A stretch of 46,369 nucleotides of DNA from Candidatus Enterousia onthequi. Its GTDB lineage: Bacteria; Pseudomonadota; Alphaproteobacteria; Rs-D84. The notes under the pieces are model-generated. The model was not told the DNA's origin. It saw only the letters and a program-made list of their open reading frames with translations, and ran no database searches. Every line of letters starts with the position of its first letter. Positions within the stretch are counted from its first letter, which is position 1. Position numbers and translations under genes: made by a program. The stretch spans positions 1 to 46,369 of the forward strand of contig JAGHVJ010000019.1 of the NCBI GenBank assembly GCA_018064365.1, written 5' to 3'. Positions 36,029-45,296 of the stretch are shown one piece after another.

Positions 36029-36487
36029 TTACAATGTGATTGTGCCGTCGGGTTGTTGTTCGGTGACGGACACGCGATCGCCCTGATTTAATGCGGATAA
36101 AATATCCATTACGATAGCGCGCTGTTTATCGGTTGGTAATTTCCAATACAGATTTATCAAACGCAATGTTTCTGTTTTTCCCATTGGGTCGCCTTCGTCC
36201 TGATCAGAAACACGACGCGACTTTGTCGCCTTGGTTTCGTCGGGCAAATTCCCCGGCAATCCACAAAAGAAAAATGATACAGGCGTATCCAATGCACGGC
36301 CAACCTGGAACAATCTGGATGCAGAAATACGGTTTGTCGCAGATTCATATTTCTGAATTTGTTGACACGATACGCCACACAAATCGCCCAAATCTTTCTG
36401 GGATAATCCCAACATACTGCGGCGTAATTGCATACGGTTGCCGATATGTGTATCTACGGTATTATGAACATATTGTTTTCCAGCCAT
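36029..36487 (-). CDS. XRE-family helix-turn-helix transcriptional regulator
   Basis: HTH: IGNRMQLRRSMLGLSQKDLGDLCGVSCQQIQKYESATNRISASRLFQVGRAL. I prefer ATG 36487 (RBS GAAGGAA) over the track start at 36556. Confidence 0.85.
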   Translation of the reverse strand: MAGKQYVHNTVDTHIGNRMQLRRSMLGLSQKDLGDLCGVSCQQIQKYESATNRISASRLFQVGRALDTPVSFFFCGLPGNLPDETKATKSRRVSDQDEGDPMGKTETLRLINLYWKLPTDKQRAIVMDILSALNQGDRVSVTEQQPDGTITL

Positions 36488-36601
36488 AGTTTCCTTCTTT
36501 ACTTGGTTTATATTCTTATTTTTAATCAAGATAATATTTTTTTGTTGGTTTTGCAATAAAAAATACTTATAATGCAGTCCGGAAATATCAAGGAGATTAT
36601 T

Positions 36602-38077
36602 ATGAAAAAACCACTGGTTCTATGCATTATGGATGGGGTCGGAATAAACGTCAATCACGAACATAACGCGGTCGCGTTGGCAAAAATGCCGTTTTTTAAT
36701 TCTTTGTTGGCGAATTATCCACATTCATCTTTGCGTGCAGACGGCGAATTTGTTGGCTTGCCGGCGGGACTGATGGGCAATTCCGAGGTTGGACATATTA
36801 CTATTGGTTCTGGGCGAGTTGTGCGCCAATATTTATTACGGTTTCAACAAGAAAACTGGGATAATAATGCAAAATTGCAGAAATTTATTTCATCTGTGCG
36901 TGAAACACGTGGAATTGTGCATTTTGCAGGTTTAATGTCGTCAGGCTGCGTGCATTCCAGTATAGATGACGAGTTGGTTATTATAAAATATGTTTTGGAT
37001 GCCGGGTTGCGTGTGTGTATTCACTTTGTTGCAGACGGTCGCGATGTACCACCACAATCTGCATCAGAATTTATCGATTTGATTGAACATCGTTTGGCAA
37101 AATATTTTGCAGATTCGCGCGTGTTTTGGGGGACTTTGTCTGGTCGGTATTATACAATGGACCGCAATCACAATATGGACAGAACGAAACTGGCGTTTGA
37201 TGCGATTGCGCATGCAAAATCTGAAATCTCGGCACCCGACATTCGCACAGCATTGAACAATGCATATGCACGGGGCGAAACAGATGAATTTATTAAACCG
37301 ACAATAATTTCTGGTGCGCCGATAACATCGCACGACGGTTTTTTGTGGGGAAATTATCGTTCTGACCGGTCGCGCCAGATTTTGCGTGCGATGATTGATT
37401 CAAATATCGGTGTAAATATTTTATGTTTTTCTCAATATGGCGAGGGGTTAAATGAAACATGCCCTGCACTGATTGAAGACGAAACACATACGAATTGTTT
37501 GGGCGATATTTTGGCGGCTGCCGGCAAAACCCAGTTGCGTATTGCCGAAACAGAAAAATACAATCATGTGACATATTTCTTTGATATGGAAAGTAATGAC
37601 GAACAATTGGGATGCCAGAAAATTTTAATTCCGTCGCCAGATGTTGCCACATTTGATTTGAAGCCTGAAATGTCTGCGGAACAAATAACCGACACTTTGT
37701 TGCAAGAACTGGCGAATTTTGATGTTGTGATTTTGAATTATGCTAATGGCGATATGGTTGGACATACAGGAAATGAACCTGCGGCAATACGTGCCATGGA
37801 ATTCTTGGATACGCAACTGGCGCGTTTAATTCCGGCGGTGTTAGATTTGGGTGGTGCGTTGCTGATTACTGCGGACCATGGTAATTGTGAAGAAATGTGG
37901 GATTATAAAAATAATGCACCATATACTTCGCACACTACGAACCCAGTAAATTTAATTGTTGTAGGTATGGGCGATATCGTCGTTCGTGACGGTGGCTTGT
38001 GCGACATTGCGCCAACAATGTTAAAAATTTTAGGTATTTCGCAACCCGCGGATATGACAGGCAAGTCTTTGATTTAA
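36602..38077 (+). CDS. gpmI: 2,3-bisphosphoglycerate-independent phosphoglycerate mutase
   Basis: LCIMDGVG, NSEVGHITIGSGR and TADHGN motifs. ATG 36602 has the RBS AAGGAG. Confidence 0.93.
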   Translation: MKKPLVLCIMDGVGINVNHEHNAVALAKMPFFNSLLANYPHSSLRADGEFVGLPAGLMGNSEVGHITIGSGRVVRQYLLRFQQENWDNNAKLQKFISSVRETRGIVHFAGLMSSGCVHSSIDDELVIIKYVLDAGLRVCIHFVADGRDVPPQSASEFIDLIEHRLAKYFADSRVFWGTLSGRYYTMDRNHNMDRTKLAFDAIAHAKSEISAPDIRTALNNAYARGETDEFIKPTIISGAPITSHDGFLWGNYRSDRSRQILRAMIDSNIGVNILCFSQYGEGLNETCPALIEDETHTNCLGDILAAAGKTQLRIAETEKYNHVTYFFDMESNDEQLGCQKILIPSPDVATFDLKPEMSAEQITDTLLQELANFDVVILNYANGDMVGHTGNEPAAIRAMEFLDTQLARLIPAVLDLGGALLITADHGNCEEMWDYKNNAPYTSHTTNPVNLIVVGMGDIVVRDGGLCDIAPTMLKILGISQPADMTGKSLI

Positions 38078-38526
38078 TCTGATTTTTTTCTGCGGAGTGC
38101 AAAAAAATCACGCAACATTTTAGCAGATTCGTCCGCATATTCTGGCATTTGGTGAATTTCAGGTTTCCACAAATGTTTATCAGATTCAAATACGCGCGCA
38201 TTTGCGGTTATTCCCCCGCCCTTTTGGTCAGACGCCGCAAAATATATATTTTTGATTCGCGCAAATGATATCGCCGTTGCGCACATAGCACACGGTTCCA
38301 ACGATACGTAAATATCGCAATCGTCCAAGAATTTAGTTCCCAGTTTTTTACACGCACGATTTATTGCGACGATTTCTGCATGTAATGTTGGATTTTTCTT
38401 TTGTTGAACACGATTTTCACCACGCGCAATAATGCAACCATTATGCACAATTACCGCGCCGATTGGGACATCGTCGTGCTTCATTGCGCGCATAGCCAAA
38501 ATCATTGCTTGATTCATAAAATCCAT
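38074..38526 (-). CDS. tadA: tRNA-specific adenosine deaminase TadA
   Basis: Zinc motifs HAEIVAI and PCAMCATAI, with N-terminal FMNQAMILA...DVPIGAVIV. The start is uncertain among 38526, 38517 and 38553. Confidence 0.88.
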   Translation of the reverse strand: MDFMNQAMILAMRAMKHDDVPIGAVIVHNGCIIARGENRVQQKKNPTLHAEIVAINRACKKLGTKFLDDCDIYVSLEPCAMCATAISFARIKNIYFAASDQKGGGITANARVFESDKHLWKPEIHQMPEYADESAKMLRDFFALRRKKSD

Positions 38527-38543
38527 AATGTATACTGTAATAC

Positions 38544-39098
38544 ATGGATTCAAATTTACAAGTTATTTCTGGGGAATATCGTGGGCGCAAGTTAAAATTG
38601 TCGCCTGATGCACGACCAACCCAGAACTTGGCACGCGGTGCGATTTTTAATTCTTTGACTGGGATTTTACAAGATTTCTGTGATGATATCCATGCGTGGG
38701 ACGCGTTTGCGGGGTCTGGGGCATTGGGGATAGAGGTTTTATCCAGATTTCCAAATTCCACCGTTGTTTTTACCGATATTTCTGAAAAATCTATTCGTGC
38801 AATACAAGAAAATGTCCGTGGCATAGATTTAACACGGTATAAAATCGATAAATCAGATGCGGCATCTGGTATCGGTAAATACGCGAAAAATGTGAACTTG
38901 GTATTTGTTGACCCACCCTATTCTAATTCTGATTTGGGCATTGGGTTTGTTGATGTGTTGGCGGATGCGGGTTTTACCGGCATTGTCGTCCAAGAAATTG
39001 AATCATTTGTAAATTATGTGCCTGACAGCACAAAATGGACCGTATTACGCGACAAGAAATACGGTCGTGCCAGAATATTGATTTTGCGCAAGATTTAA
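38544..39098 (+). CDS. rsmD: 16S rRNA (guanine966-N2)-methyltransferase RsmD
   Basis: ISGEYRGRKLK, PTQNLARGAIFNSL, DAFAGSGALGIEVLSR and VFVDPPY. Confidence 0.88.
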   Translation: MDSNLQVISGEYRGRKLKLSPDARPTQNLARGAIFNSLTGILQDFCDDIHAWDAFAGSGALGIEVLSRFPNSTVVFTDISEKSIRAIQENVRGIDLTRYKIDKSDAASGIGKYAKNVNLVFVDPPYSNSDLGIGFVDVLADAGFTGIVVQEIESFVNYVPDSTKWTVLRDKKYGRARILILRKI

Positions 39099-39194
39099 CT
39101 TGATTTTTCAATATTTTTATTACATAATATGCCCCGCATGACACCCTTGGAGGTCGTGTAAAAAACAAAAAACAATTAAATTAAGGAATTAAAA

Positions 39195-39806
39195 ATGGCT
39201 ATTGAATTAAATGCTGAATTTCGTGATGTTGCTGGCAAGGGGGCCGCACGTGCAATTCGTAATAATCAAAATATCCCTGCGGTAATTTATGGTAATAAAC
39301 AAGAACCAACTGCTATTTCTTTGAATATGCGTGATTTTGAAATGCTGTTGAAACGCCCGTCTTTGCGGACTAAATTGTTCCAAATCAAAACACCAAAAGG
39401 AACAGAAGACGCAATGTTGATGGATATTCAATATCATCCTGTGTCTGACCGTGTTATTCACGTGGATTTCAAACGCATTGATGTTAAAAATCCTGTATCA
39501 GTTAGTGTTCCATTGGAATTGACAAACGCAGAAATTTCTCGTGGTTTGAAAATGGGCGGCGTGTTGAACTTTGCTGTGCGTAAGGTTGCTTTGCGTGGTT
39601 TGGTCAACGATATGCCTGAAAAAATCGTTATCGATTTAACAAATTTGAATATCGGCGATGTGGTTCACGGAACTGATTTGGTATTGCCAAATGGTATTGA
39701 ATTGGGTCTGCACCAGGCTGAATTAGCGTTCGTCACAATCGGTGGTAAAATGCCAGAAGAAAATGATAACAAGGCTGCTGCGGCTGCAACACCTGCTAAA
39801 AAATAA
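39195..39806 (+). CDS. rplY: 50S ribosomal protein L25, long Ctc form
   Basis: ...AGKGAARAIRNNQNIPAVIYG..., HPVSDRVIHVDF, and a C-terminal extension with an Ala/Lys tail. Confidence 0.9.
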   Translation: MAIELNAEFRDVAGKGAARAIRNNQNIPAVIYGNKQEPTAISLNMRDFEMLLKRPSLRTKLFQIKTPKGTEDAMLMDIQYHPVSDRVIHVDFKRIDVKNPVSVSVPLELTNAEISRGLKMGGVLNFAVRKVALRGLVNDMPEKIVIDLTNLNIGDVVHGTDLVLPNGIELGLHQAELAFVTIGGKMPEENDNKAAAAATPAKK

Positions 39807-39826
39807 TAACATAAATTTTATGTTTT

Positions 39827-39851
39827 ACCGCCCATTTGGGCGGTTTTTTTG
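39827..39851 (+). terminator. Rho-independent terminator after rplY
   Basis: Hairpin accgccc-attt-gggcggt followed by ttttttt. Confidence 0.7.
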
Positions 39852-39899
39852 TTGGAATACCTTGGATTTTTAGCACATAATATTTTTTATGTTTTGCCA

Positions 39900-39928
39900 C
39901 TTGAAATCAGTTGTGCAAATCACTATAT
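39900..39928 (+). promoter_or_regulatory. Putative sigma32 (RpoH) heat-shock promoter of dnaK
   Basis: CTTGAAA (39900..39906), a 14-nt spacer, then CACTATAT (39921..39928). The E. coli consensus is CTTGAAA-N13-15-CCCCATNT. Confidence 0.45.
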
Positions 39929-39965
39929 CTGGGTTAGCAAATATTTTCTAAGGAGGCAATGAAAT

Positions 39966-41864
39966 ATGGCAAAAGTATTAGGTATCGATTTGGGTACAAC
40001 AAATTCTGCAATGGCATTTATGGATGGTTCTGATTCCAAAATTATCGAAAATGCCGAAGGTCAACGCACAACCCCGTCTGTGATGGCATTAACCCAGGGC
40101 GGCGAACAACTGGTTGGAATTACTGCGAAAAACCAGGCGGTGACAAATCCTGAAAACACAATTTATGAAATTAAACGACTGATGGGATTGCGTTATGACA
40201 GTCCTGCGGTTCAAGAAATCGCTGCGCGTGTTCCGTATAAAATTGTTGCGGGCGACAATGGTGACGCATGGGTTGAAATGAGTGGTAAAAAATATGCCCC
40301 GTCCCAGATTTCTGCGATGATTTTGGCTAAATTAAAGAAAGACGCAGAAAATTATTTGGGTGAAACGGTGACAGACGCGGTTATTACTGTGCCGGCTTAT
40401 TTTAATGATTCTCAACGTCAGGCAACCAAAGATGCTGGTCGTATCGCTGGTTTGAACGTTTTGCGCATTGTGAACGAACCAACGGCGGCTGCATTAGCAT
40501 ACGGTTTAGACAAAGATAAAAATGGCACTATTGCAGTATATGATTTGGGTGGTGGAACATTCGATGTTTCTATATTAGAAATTGTTGATGGTGTGTTCGA
40601 GGTTAAATCAACCAATGGCGATACTGCGTTGGGCGGTTCTGACTTTGATGCGCGCATTTTGAAACATTTAATTGAAGAATTCAAAGGTCAAACTGGTATC
40701 GATTTGTCTGGCGATAAATTGGCGTTGCAAAGATTAAAAGAGGCCGCAGAAAAGGCAAAGATTGAATTGTCTTCTAAAACATCTGCGGACATCAACCTAC
40801 CTTTCTTGACAGCAGATGCAACCGGGCCAAAACATTTCAATACAACACTGTCGCGTGCAAAATTGGAATCTTTGGTTGAAGATTTGATTAAAAAGACAAT
40901 CGAGCCATGCGAAAAGGCTTTGCGCGATGCAGGTTTATCAAAATCTGAAATCAACGAGGTTATCTTGGTCGGTGGTCAAACACGTATGCCAAAAGTCGCA
41001 GAAACAGTTAAAGAATTCTTTGGTCGCGAACCACACAAGGGCGTGAACCCAGACGAAGTTGTTGCCATGGGTGCCGCTATCCAGGGTGGTGTATTAAAAG
41101 GCGATGTCAAAGACGTTCTGTTGTTGGATGTGACTCCATTGTCTTTGGGTATTGAAACATTGGGTGGGGTGTTCACTCGTTTAATCGACCGCAACACAAC
41201 AATTCCAACGAAAAAATCACAAGTTTTTTCGACGGCAGAAGACAATCAATCTGCGGTGACAATTCGTGTATTCCAAGGCGAACGCGATATGGCGGCAGAT
41301 AACAAATTGTTGGGTCAATTTAATTTAGAAGGTATCGCACCTGCCCCACGTGGTATGCCACAAATCGAGGTTTCTTTTGATATCGATGCAAACGGAATTG
41401 TGCATGTTTCTGCAAAAGATAAAGGCACAGGCAAAGAGCAAGCGATTTCTATTAAATCTGACGGTGGTTTGTCCGAAGACGAAATCAAACGCATGGTTGA
41501 TGAAGCGGCTGCAAATGCAGAGGCTGATAAAAAGAAACGCGAATTAGTTGAGGCAAAGAACCAAGCAGAAACCGCTGTATTTTCGATTGAAAAATCATTA
41601 AAAGAACATGGCGATAAAATTTCTGCGGACGAAAAGAAAGCTATTGAAGATGCAAAAGATGCTTTGAGTGCTGAATTGAAAAACGAAAGCGCAACAGTTG
41701 AATCTTTGAAAGCAAAAACTGATGCTTTGACAGAAAAAGCCATGAAATTGGGCGAAGCGGTATATAAAGCCGCCCAGGCCGAACAACAGGCAAATGCAGG
41801 AAATGCAGAATCTGGCAATGACAACAGTAATACAACTGATGCAGATTTTTCTGAAAAGAAATAA
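39966..41864 (+). CDS. dnaK: Molecular chaperone DnaK (Hsp70)
   Basis: [37 protein letters not shown], and RBS AAGGAGG upstream. Confidence 0.98.
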   Translation: MAKVLGIDLGTTNSAMAFMDGSDSKIIENAEGQRTTPSVMALTQGGEQLVGITAKNQAVTNPENTIYEIKRLMGLRYDSPAVQEIAARVPYKIVAGDNGDAWVEMSGKKYAPSQISAMILAKLKKDAENYLGETVTDAVITVPAYFNDSQRQATKDAGRIAGLNVLRIVNEPTAAALAYGLDKDKNGTIAVYDLGGGTFDVSILEIVDGVFEVKSTNGDTALGGSDFDARILKHLIEEFKGQTGIDLSGDKLALQRLKEAAEKAKIELSSKTSADINLPFLTADATGPKHFNTTLSRAKLESLVEDLIKKTIEPCEKALRDAGLSKSEINEVILVGGQTRMPKVAETVKEFFGREPHKGVNPDEVVAMGAAIQGGVLKGDVKDVLLLDVTPLSLGIETLGGVFTRLIDRNTTIPTKKSQVFSTAEDNQSAVTIRVFQGERDMAADNKLLGQFNLEGIAPAPRGMPQIEVSFDIDANGIVHVSAKDKGTGKEQAISIKSDGGLSEDEIKRMVDEAAANAEADKKKRELVEAKNQAETAVFSIEKSLKEHGDKISADEKKAIEDAKDALSAELKNESATVESLKAKTDALTEKAMKLGEAVYKAAQAEQQANAGNAESGNDNSNTTDADFSEKK

Positions 41865-41886
41865 AATCTGGAATCGCAAAATAAAT

Positions 41887-41911
41887 AAAACCGCCATTTG
41901 GCGGTTTTTTT
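41887..41911 (+). terminator. Rho-independent terminator after dnaK
   Basis: Hairpin aaaaccgcc-attt-ggcggtttt followed by a T-run. Confidence 0.75.
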
Positions 41912-41969
41912 ATTGTTTTCTAAAATTTTTGTATTATAAATGAACCTATATAAAACAAGGATAGAAAAC

Positions 41970-42614
41970 ATGACTGAAGAAAATCGCAACAAAGACCAAG
42001 TAGTAATCGGCAAAATCACAGAGATATCACAAAACTATGTTACAGTAAATACGTTGGAATGGGGACTTGTTACTATAAAACGCGGCGAAAATTGGGATTG
42101 CGGTGTATCTTGGGCTGGTTTCATAAAACATCTTAAAATAGGCGACAAAGTAGATATATTATGCACACATAAGACTGACACGCCCCAGAAACCTTTGTAC
42201 GGCTTTTATACATTAGGTAGCTTACTGAGCAGTCCGGCTCGCGACTCTCGGGCAGTAGCACGAAATGAACAACTCATGAATTTTATAGAAAACCCTAAAC
42301 AGGAGGCGGTTGTTATAGATTATTGGTATTTTAATAACCCTTTTCATACAGAAACCCCTGCCACGCATATAAAATGCTGGTCCCCTGTATGGAAAAACAT
42401 TGAGTTTGATAATTATGAGCATATTCCTTTAAGACATAACGATATAATTGTTATAGAAAAAATATTTAGCAATACACTTGATTATTATGTTATCGAAAAT
42501 AAAACACTAACACAAGAAAGACAACGAATTATAAACGATGTTTTATTGTGCGATTTCAATGATGTGGAACGTCAAAAAATATTACTATATCCCGCCAAAG
42601 CAAAACAAAAATAA
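41970..42614 (+). CDS. Hypothetical protein (214 aa from ATG 41970; 224 aa from the track start)
   Basis: RBS AAGGA lies 8 nt upstream of ATG 41970. I recognise no family. It is bracketed by two nearly identical terminators. Confidence 0.6.
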   Translation: MTEENRNKDQVVIGKITEISQNYVTVNTLEWGLVTIKRGENWDCGVSWAGFIKHLKIGDKVDILCTHKTDTPQKPLYGFYTLGSLLSSPARDSRAVARNEQLMNFIENPKQEAVVIDYWYFNNPFHTETPATHIKCWSPVWKNIEFDNYEHIPLRHNDIIVIEKIFSNTLDYYVIENKTLTQERQRIINDVLLCDFNDVERQKILLYPAKAKQK

Positions 42615-42638
42615 AACCGCCGTTTGGCGGTTTTTTTT
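42613..42638. terminator. Bidirectional terminator (hypothetical gene / pfk)
   Basis: Hairpin aaaaccgcc-gttt-ggcggtttt followed by a T-run. The hairpin differs from 41887..41911 at a single loop base, and the T-run overlaps the pfk stop codon. Confidence 0.75.
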
Positions 42639-43719
42639 ATTTTGTTTCACCGATGTATATCCCCATATTATCTGCGGCAATCAGCAATGGGTTATCCATA
42701 TCAACCGTGGCATTTGAAATTGTAAGTCCCGTGATATTTGGATCGATATCTGGACTGCCCCCGGATACAACAGAATCAATTCCGACCGTTGTTATTTTCC
42801 CGTTTTGCAACGCAGTCATAACATAGGTTTCGTTGTTTGCGATTGCGTCCAAGGCTGCTTCGGCCATTTGGGTTGCCAAAATTCTGTCCGTGGGTGTTGT
42901 GTTCCCTGCCCTTTGGACGTGTTCTGGGAACGCAGTTCTGTTTGATATACCCGCAGCCGTCAATGCGCGTGAAACCATATCTGCCGGACGACCAGAATGT
43001 CCACGCAATTTTATACCTTCGGATACTATAATAATTCCGTAATCTGTTGATGCGGACTTAATATGTTTTACCAACTCGGTTATATCAAATTTGATTTCTG
43101 GAATTAAAATCGCAGATGCACCGCCCGCAACCCCCGCGGTCAAAGACAACATACCACTTTTACGTCCCATTGCCTGGACCACAAACCAACGATGATGACT
43201 GCGTGCCGTCAACATTAAATCATCACAAAAATGAGTCAATTGAGATACAGCCGTATCAAAACCAATTGTTTTATCGGTCAGCGGAATATCCATATCTATG
43301 GTTTTTGGAATACAAATCAATTGCAAATCAGAATAAATATCACGCGTTTCCCATGCCAATGCAATACTGCCGTTGCCACCAATTAAAATCAACGCATCCA
43401 GTTTTATTTGTGCCAAATTCTTTTTTAACATTTTTGTAAATTGAGGCAATTTTCCAGATTTAACAGCATGTTCAAAACTGTTTGATTGTCCAACATTACC
43501 ATTGCGCAAAATACTGCCCGCCAACGGCATTTGTTCAGGCGGCAACGAGTCCATGTTTAACCGCACAATATTTGGCGTTTGTGTAGTTAGTCCGTCTGTG
43601 CCGTCTAAAATACCGTATGTTTGCCAGCCGCGTTTATGCGCGCCATAAACAATTTTATAAATTGCCGTATTTAATCCAGAGCAATCGCCCCCAGTTGTCA
43701 TAACGCCTATCTTTTTCAT
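42637..43719 (-). CDS. pfkA: 6-phosphofructokinase (PfkA family; phosphoryl donor not assignable by eye)
   Basis: MKKIGVMTTGGDCSGLN, LILIGGNGS, CIPKTIDMDI and a length of 360 aa. Confidence 0.9.
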   Translation of the reverse strand: MKKIGVMTTGGDCSGLNTAIYKIVYGAHKRGWQTYGILDGTDGLTTQTPNIVRLNMDSLPPEQMPLAGSILRNGNVGQSNSFEHAVKSGKLPQFTKMLKKNLAQIKLDALILIGGNGSIALAWETRDIYSDLQLICIPKTIDMDIPLTDKTIGFDTAVSQLTHFCDDLMLTARSHHRWFVVQAMGRKSGMLSLTAGVAGGASAILIPEIKFDITELVKHIKSASTDYGIIIVSEGIKLRGHSGRPADMVSRALTAAGISNRTAFPEHVQRAGNTTPTDRILATQMAEAALDAIANNETYVMTALQNGKITTVGIDSVVSGGSPDIDPNITGLTISNATVDMDNPLLIAADNMGIYIGETK

Positions 43720-43827
43720 ATTTTCTCCATTTTTGATATCCGTATTATACCATAAAAATTTGACAACAACATTACTTTTGTGCTAATTTTATGCTTGTAA
43801 AATAATATTTATCAAAGGGTTATAGGC

Positions 43828-44967
43828 ATGTCTAGAAAAATGGGGCGAACAAAAAATTCTACAGACGATATGATAAATGGGGCACTGGCGCAACAGCAAG
43901 ATTGGCACGAACGCCGGCAATCGTTTGCACGCGATTTTTTAACTTCATTAAATATGTTTGCGAAACCAAACCCTAATCGTCGCGTTGTTGGTCGCCCAGC
44001 GATAAAATCTGACGAAAAAACACCAGACAACAGAAACAAGAATCGTACTGTTCTGCGCGAATATTGGTTTCCGATTTTATGTGCATTTGTTGTTATTTTT
44101 GTGACAATATGGGTTCTGTTTCATCATATTGGTGCAAACTCTTCTGCGCAACCTGTTCCAGAACCGATTGTTCGAACGGTGGCTAGCGAATTAAAAACAC
44201 CGGCTTTTGACATTGTACGCATTGGTAATGATGGCAAAATTGTTATTGCAGGTCGTTGGAAACCGGACACCCGTGTTTCTGTTTACACAAATAAAAAATT
44301 GGTTGCAACACTGATAACAGATGATAACGGGGAATTTGTTTATGCCCCAACCCGTGCATGGGCGGCAGGCAACTATACTGTGTATTTGATGGATGTTGCG
44401 ACGCACACAAAATCCGAAGACAAAGTATTTCTTTACATATCGGATGCGGGCATGGAAAATTCGGTTTCTTTGTTGATGACCCGCGATGGCAGTCGTGTTT
44501 TACAAGCACCAACAATGTTGCGCGACGGCGATTTATCTGTATCAAAAATAGATTATATGGACAACGGCCGTATGGTTATAACTGGGGACGGATTGCCACG
44601 GCTGCGTGTGTCTGTAATGTTAAATGACGAGATATTAGGAACTGCACGCATTTCTGATTATAAACATTTTGGATTGGGTGCAGATGTTGGTGATTTAACC
44701 CCAGGCGATGAATACACATTGTCTGTGCGTATGCACGACGGCGACGGCAATATAATATCAACCATTACGCATAAATTTATTATGCCGCAAATGACTGGCG
44801 ATGACGATACATATTATACTGTGCGACGCGGTGATTGTTTGTGGATTATTGCACGAAACTTTATGCGGCGTGGTATTTTATTCAGTATGATTGCTGCCCG
44901 CAACAATATTGAAAATCCAGATCTAATTTTTCCAAAACAAAAGTTAAATATACCTGTAAAACAATAA
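43828..44967 (+). CDS. Membrane-anchored LysM peptidoglycan-binding protein
   Basis: A basic cytoplasmic N-terminus, a TM helix (WFPILCAFVVIFVTIWVLF), a beta-rich middle region, and a C-terminal LysM domain (YYTVRRGDCLWIIARN...IFPKQKLNIP). Confidence 0.8.
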   Translation: MSRKMGRTKNSTDDMINGALAQQQDWHERRQSFARDFLTSLNMFAKPNPNRRVVGRPAIKSDEKTPDNRNKNRTVLREYWFPILCAFVVIFVTIWVLFHHIGANSSAQPVPEPIVRTVASELKTPAFDIVRIGNDGKIVIAGRWKPDTRVSVYTNKKLVATLITDDNGEFVYAPTRAWAAGNYTVYLMDVATHTKSEDKVFLYISDAGMENSVSLLMTRDGSRVLQAPTMLRDGDLSVSKIDYMDNGRMVITGDGLPRLRVSVMLNDEILGTARISDYKHFGLGADVGDLTPGDEYTLSVRMHDGDGNIISTITHKFIMPQMTGDDDTYYTVRRGDCLWIIARNFMRRGILFSMIAARNNIENPDLIFPKQKLNIPVKQ

Positions 44968-44997
44968 ATTCAGTTGATAGTATCAAGACAAAATACA

Positions 44998-45022
44998 ACC
45001 GACATTTTTGTCGGTAATTTTT
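44998..45022 (+). terminator. Rho-independent terminator after the LysM gene
   Basis: Hairpin accgaca-tttt-tgtcggt followed by aatttttt. Confidence 0.65.
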
Positions 45023-45082
45023 TAATTCCTACTTTTTTTGCAAGAAATTATACCAGATAAAACGATTTGTTGTGTGGAAAAA

Positions 45083-45107
45083 GTGTCGCAAAAAACCTAG
45101 GTTTTTT
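45083..45107. repeat. 25-nt repeat copy 1, containing an 18-bp perfect palindrome centred on CCTAGG
   Basis: gtgtcgcaaaaaacctaggtttttt. The palindrome is aaaaaacctaggtttttt, immediately followed by TTGACA. Confidence 0.85.
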
Positions 45108-45200
45108 GACAAGTGTTTTTTTTAGTTTTTTTCAATTTTTTTAATTTTCGGTTTTTTTGTAAAAACAAAGGGTTATAAATTTCGGGCTTTGCGCGGCGAT

Positions 45201-45225
45201 GTGTCGCAAAAAAACCTAGGTTTTT
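45201..45225. repeat. 25-nt repeat copy 2
   Basis: gtgtcgcaaaaaaacctaggttttt lies 118 nt downstream of copy 1 and abuts an extended -10 element. Confidence 0.85.
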
Positions 45226-45233
45226 GGTATACT
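45225..45233 (+). promoter_or_regulatory. Putative extended -10 promoter element (TGgTATACT) for the 45297 gene
   Basis: tggtatact lies 64 nt upstream of the ATG at 45297, and the palindromic repeat occupies the position of a -35 region. Confidence 0.35.
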
Positions 45234-45296
45234 ATGCACAAAGGGAAAAAACTAAGGAAATCTAAGGAAAAATCAAAATTATGAGAGAGTAAAAAA

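Noticed and set aside
39131-39163. A 10-codon mini-ORF (MPRMTPLEVV) in a GC-rich patch of the rplY leader
   Set aside because: It has no RBS, I could not find a convincing hairpin or anti-terminator pairing, and it is too short to evaluate. It may be leader structure, but the sequence alone does not support that.
41315-42019. A 234-aa minus-strand ORF, and other long antisense ORFs (17245..17799, 29625..30200, 30173..30673, 32174..32638, 32804..33286, 9459..9827)
   Set aside because: Each lies entirely or largely antisense to a strongly supported gene (dnaK, tolA, dnaE, rsmH, the 796-aa protein, argS). Their translations are low-complexity and none has an RBS.
42637-43719. Calling the phosphofructokinase PPi-dependent
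   Set aside because: TGGDCSGLN resembles non-canonical PFKs, but the GGNGS segment does not show the Asp-for-Gly change I would expect for PPi use. The donor cannot be decided by eye, so the call is left at family level.
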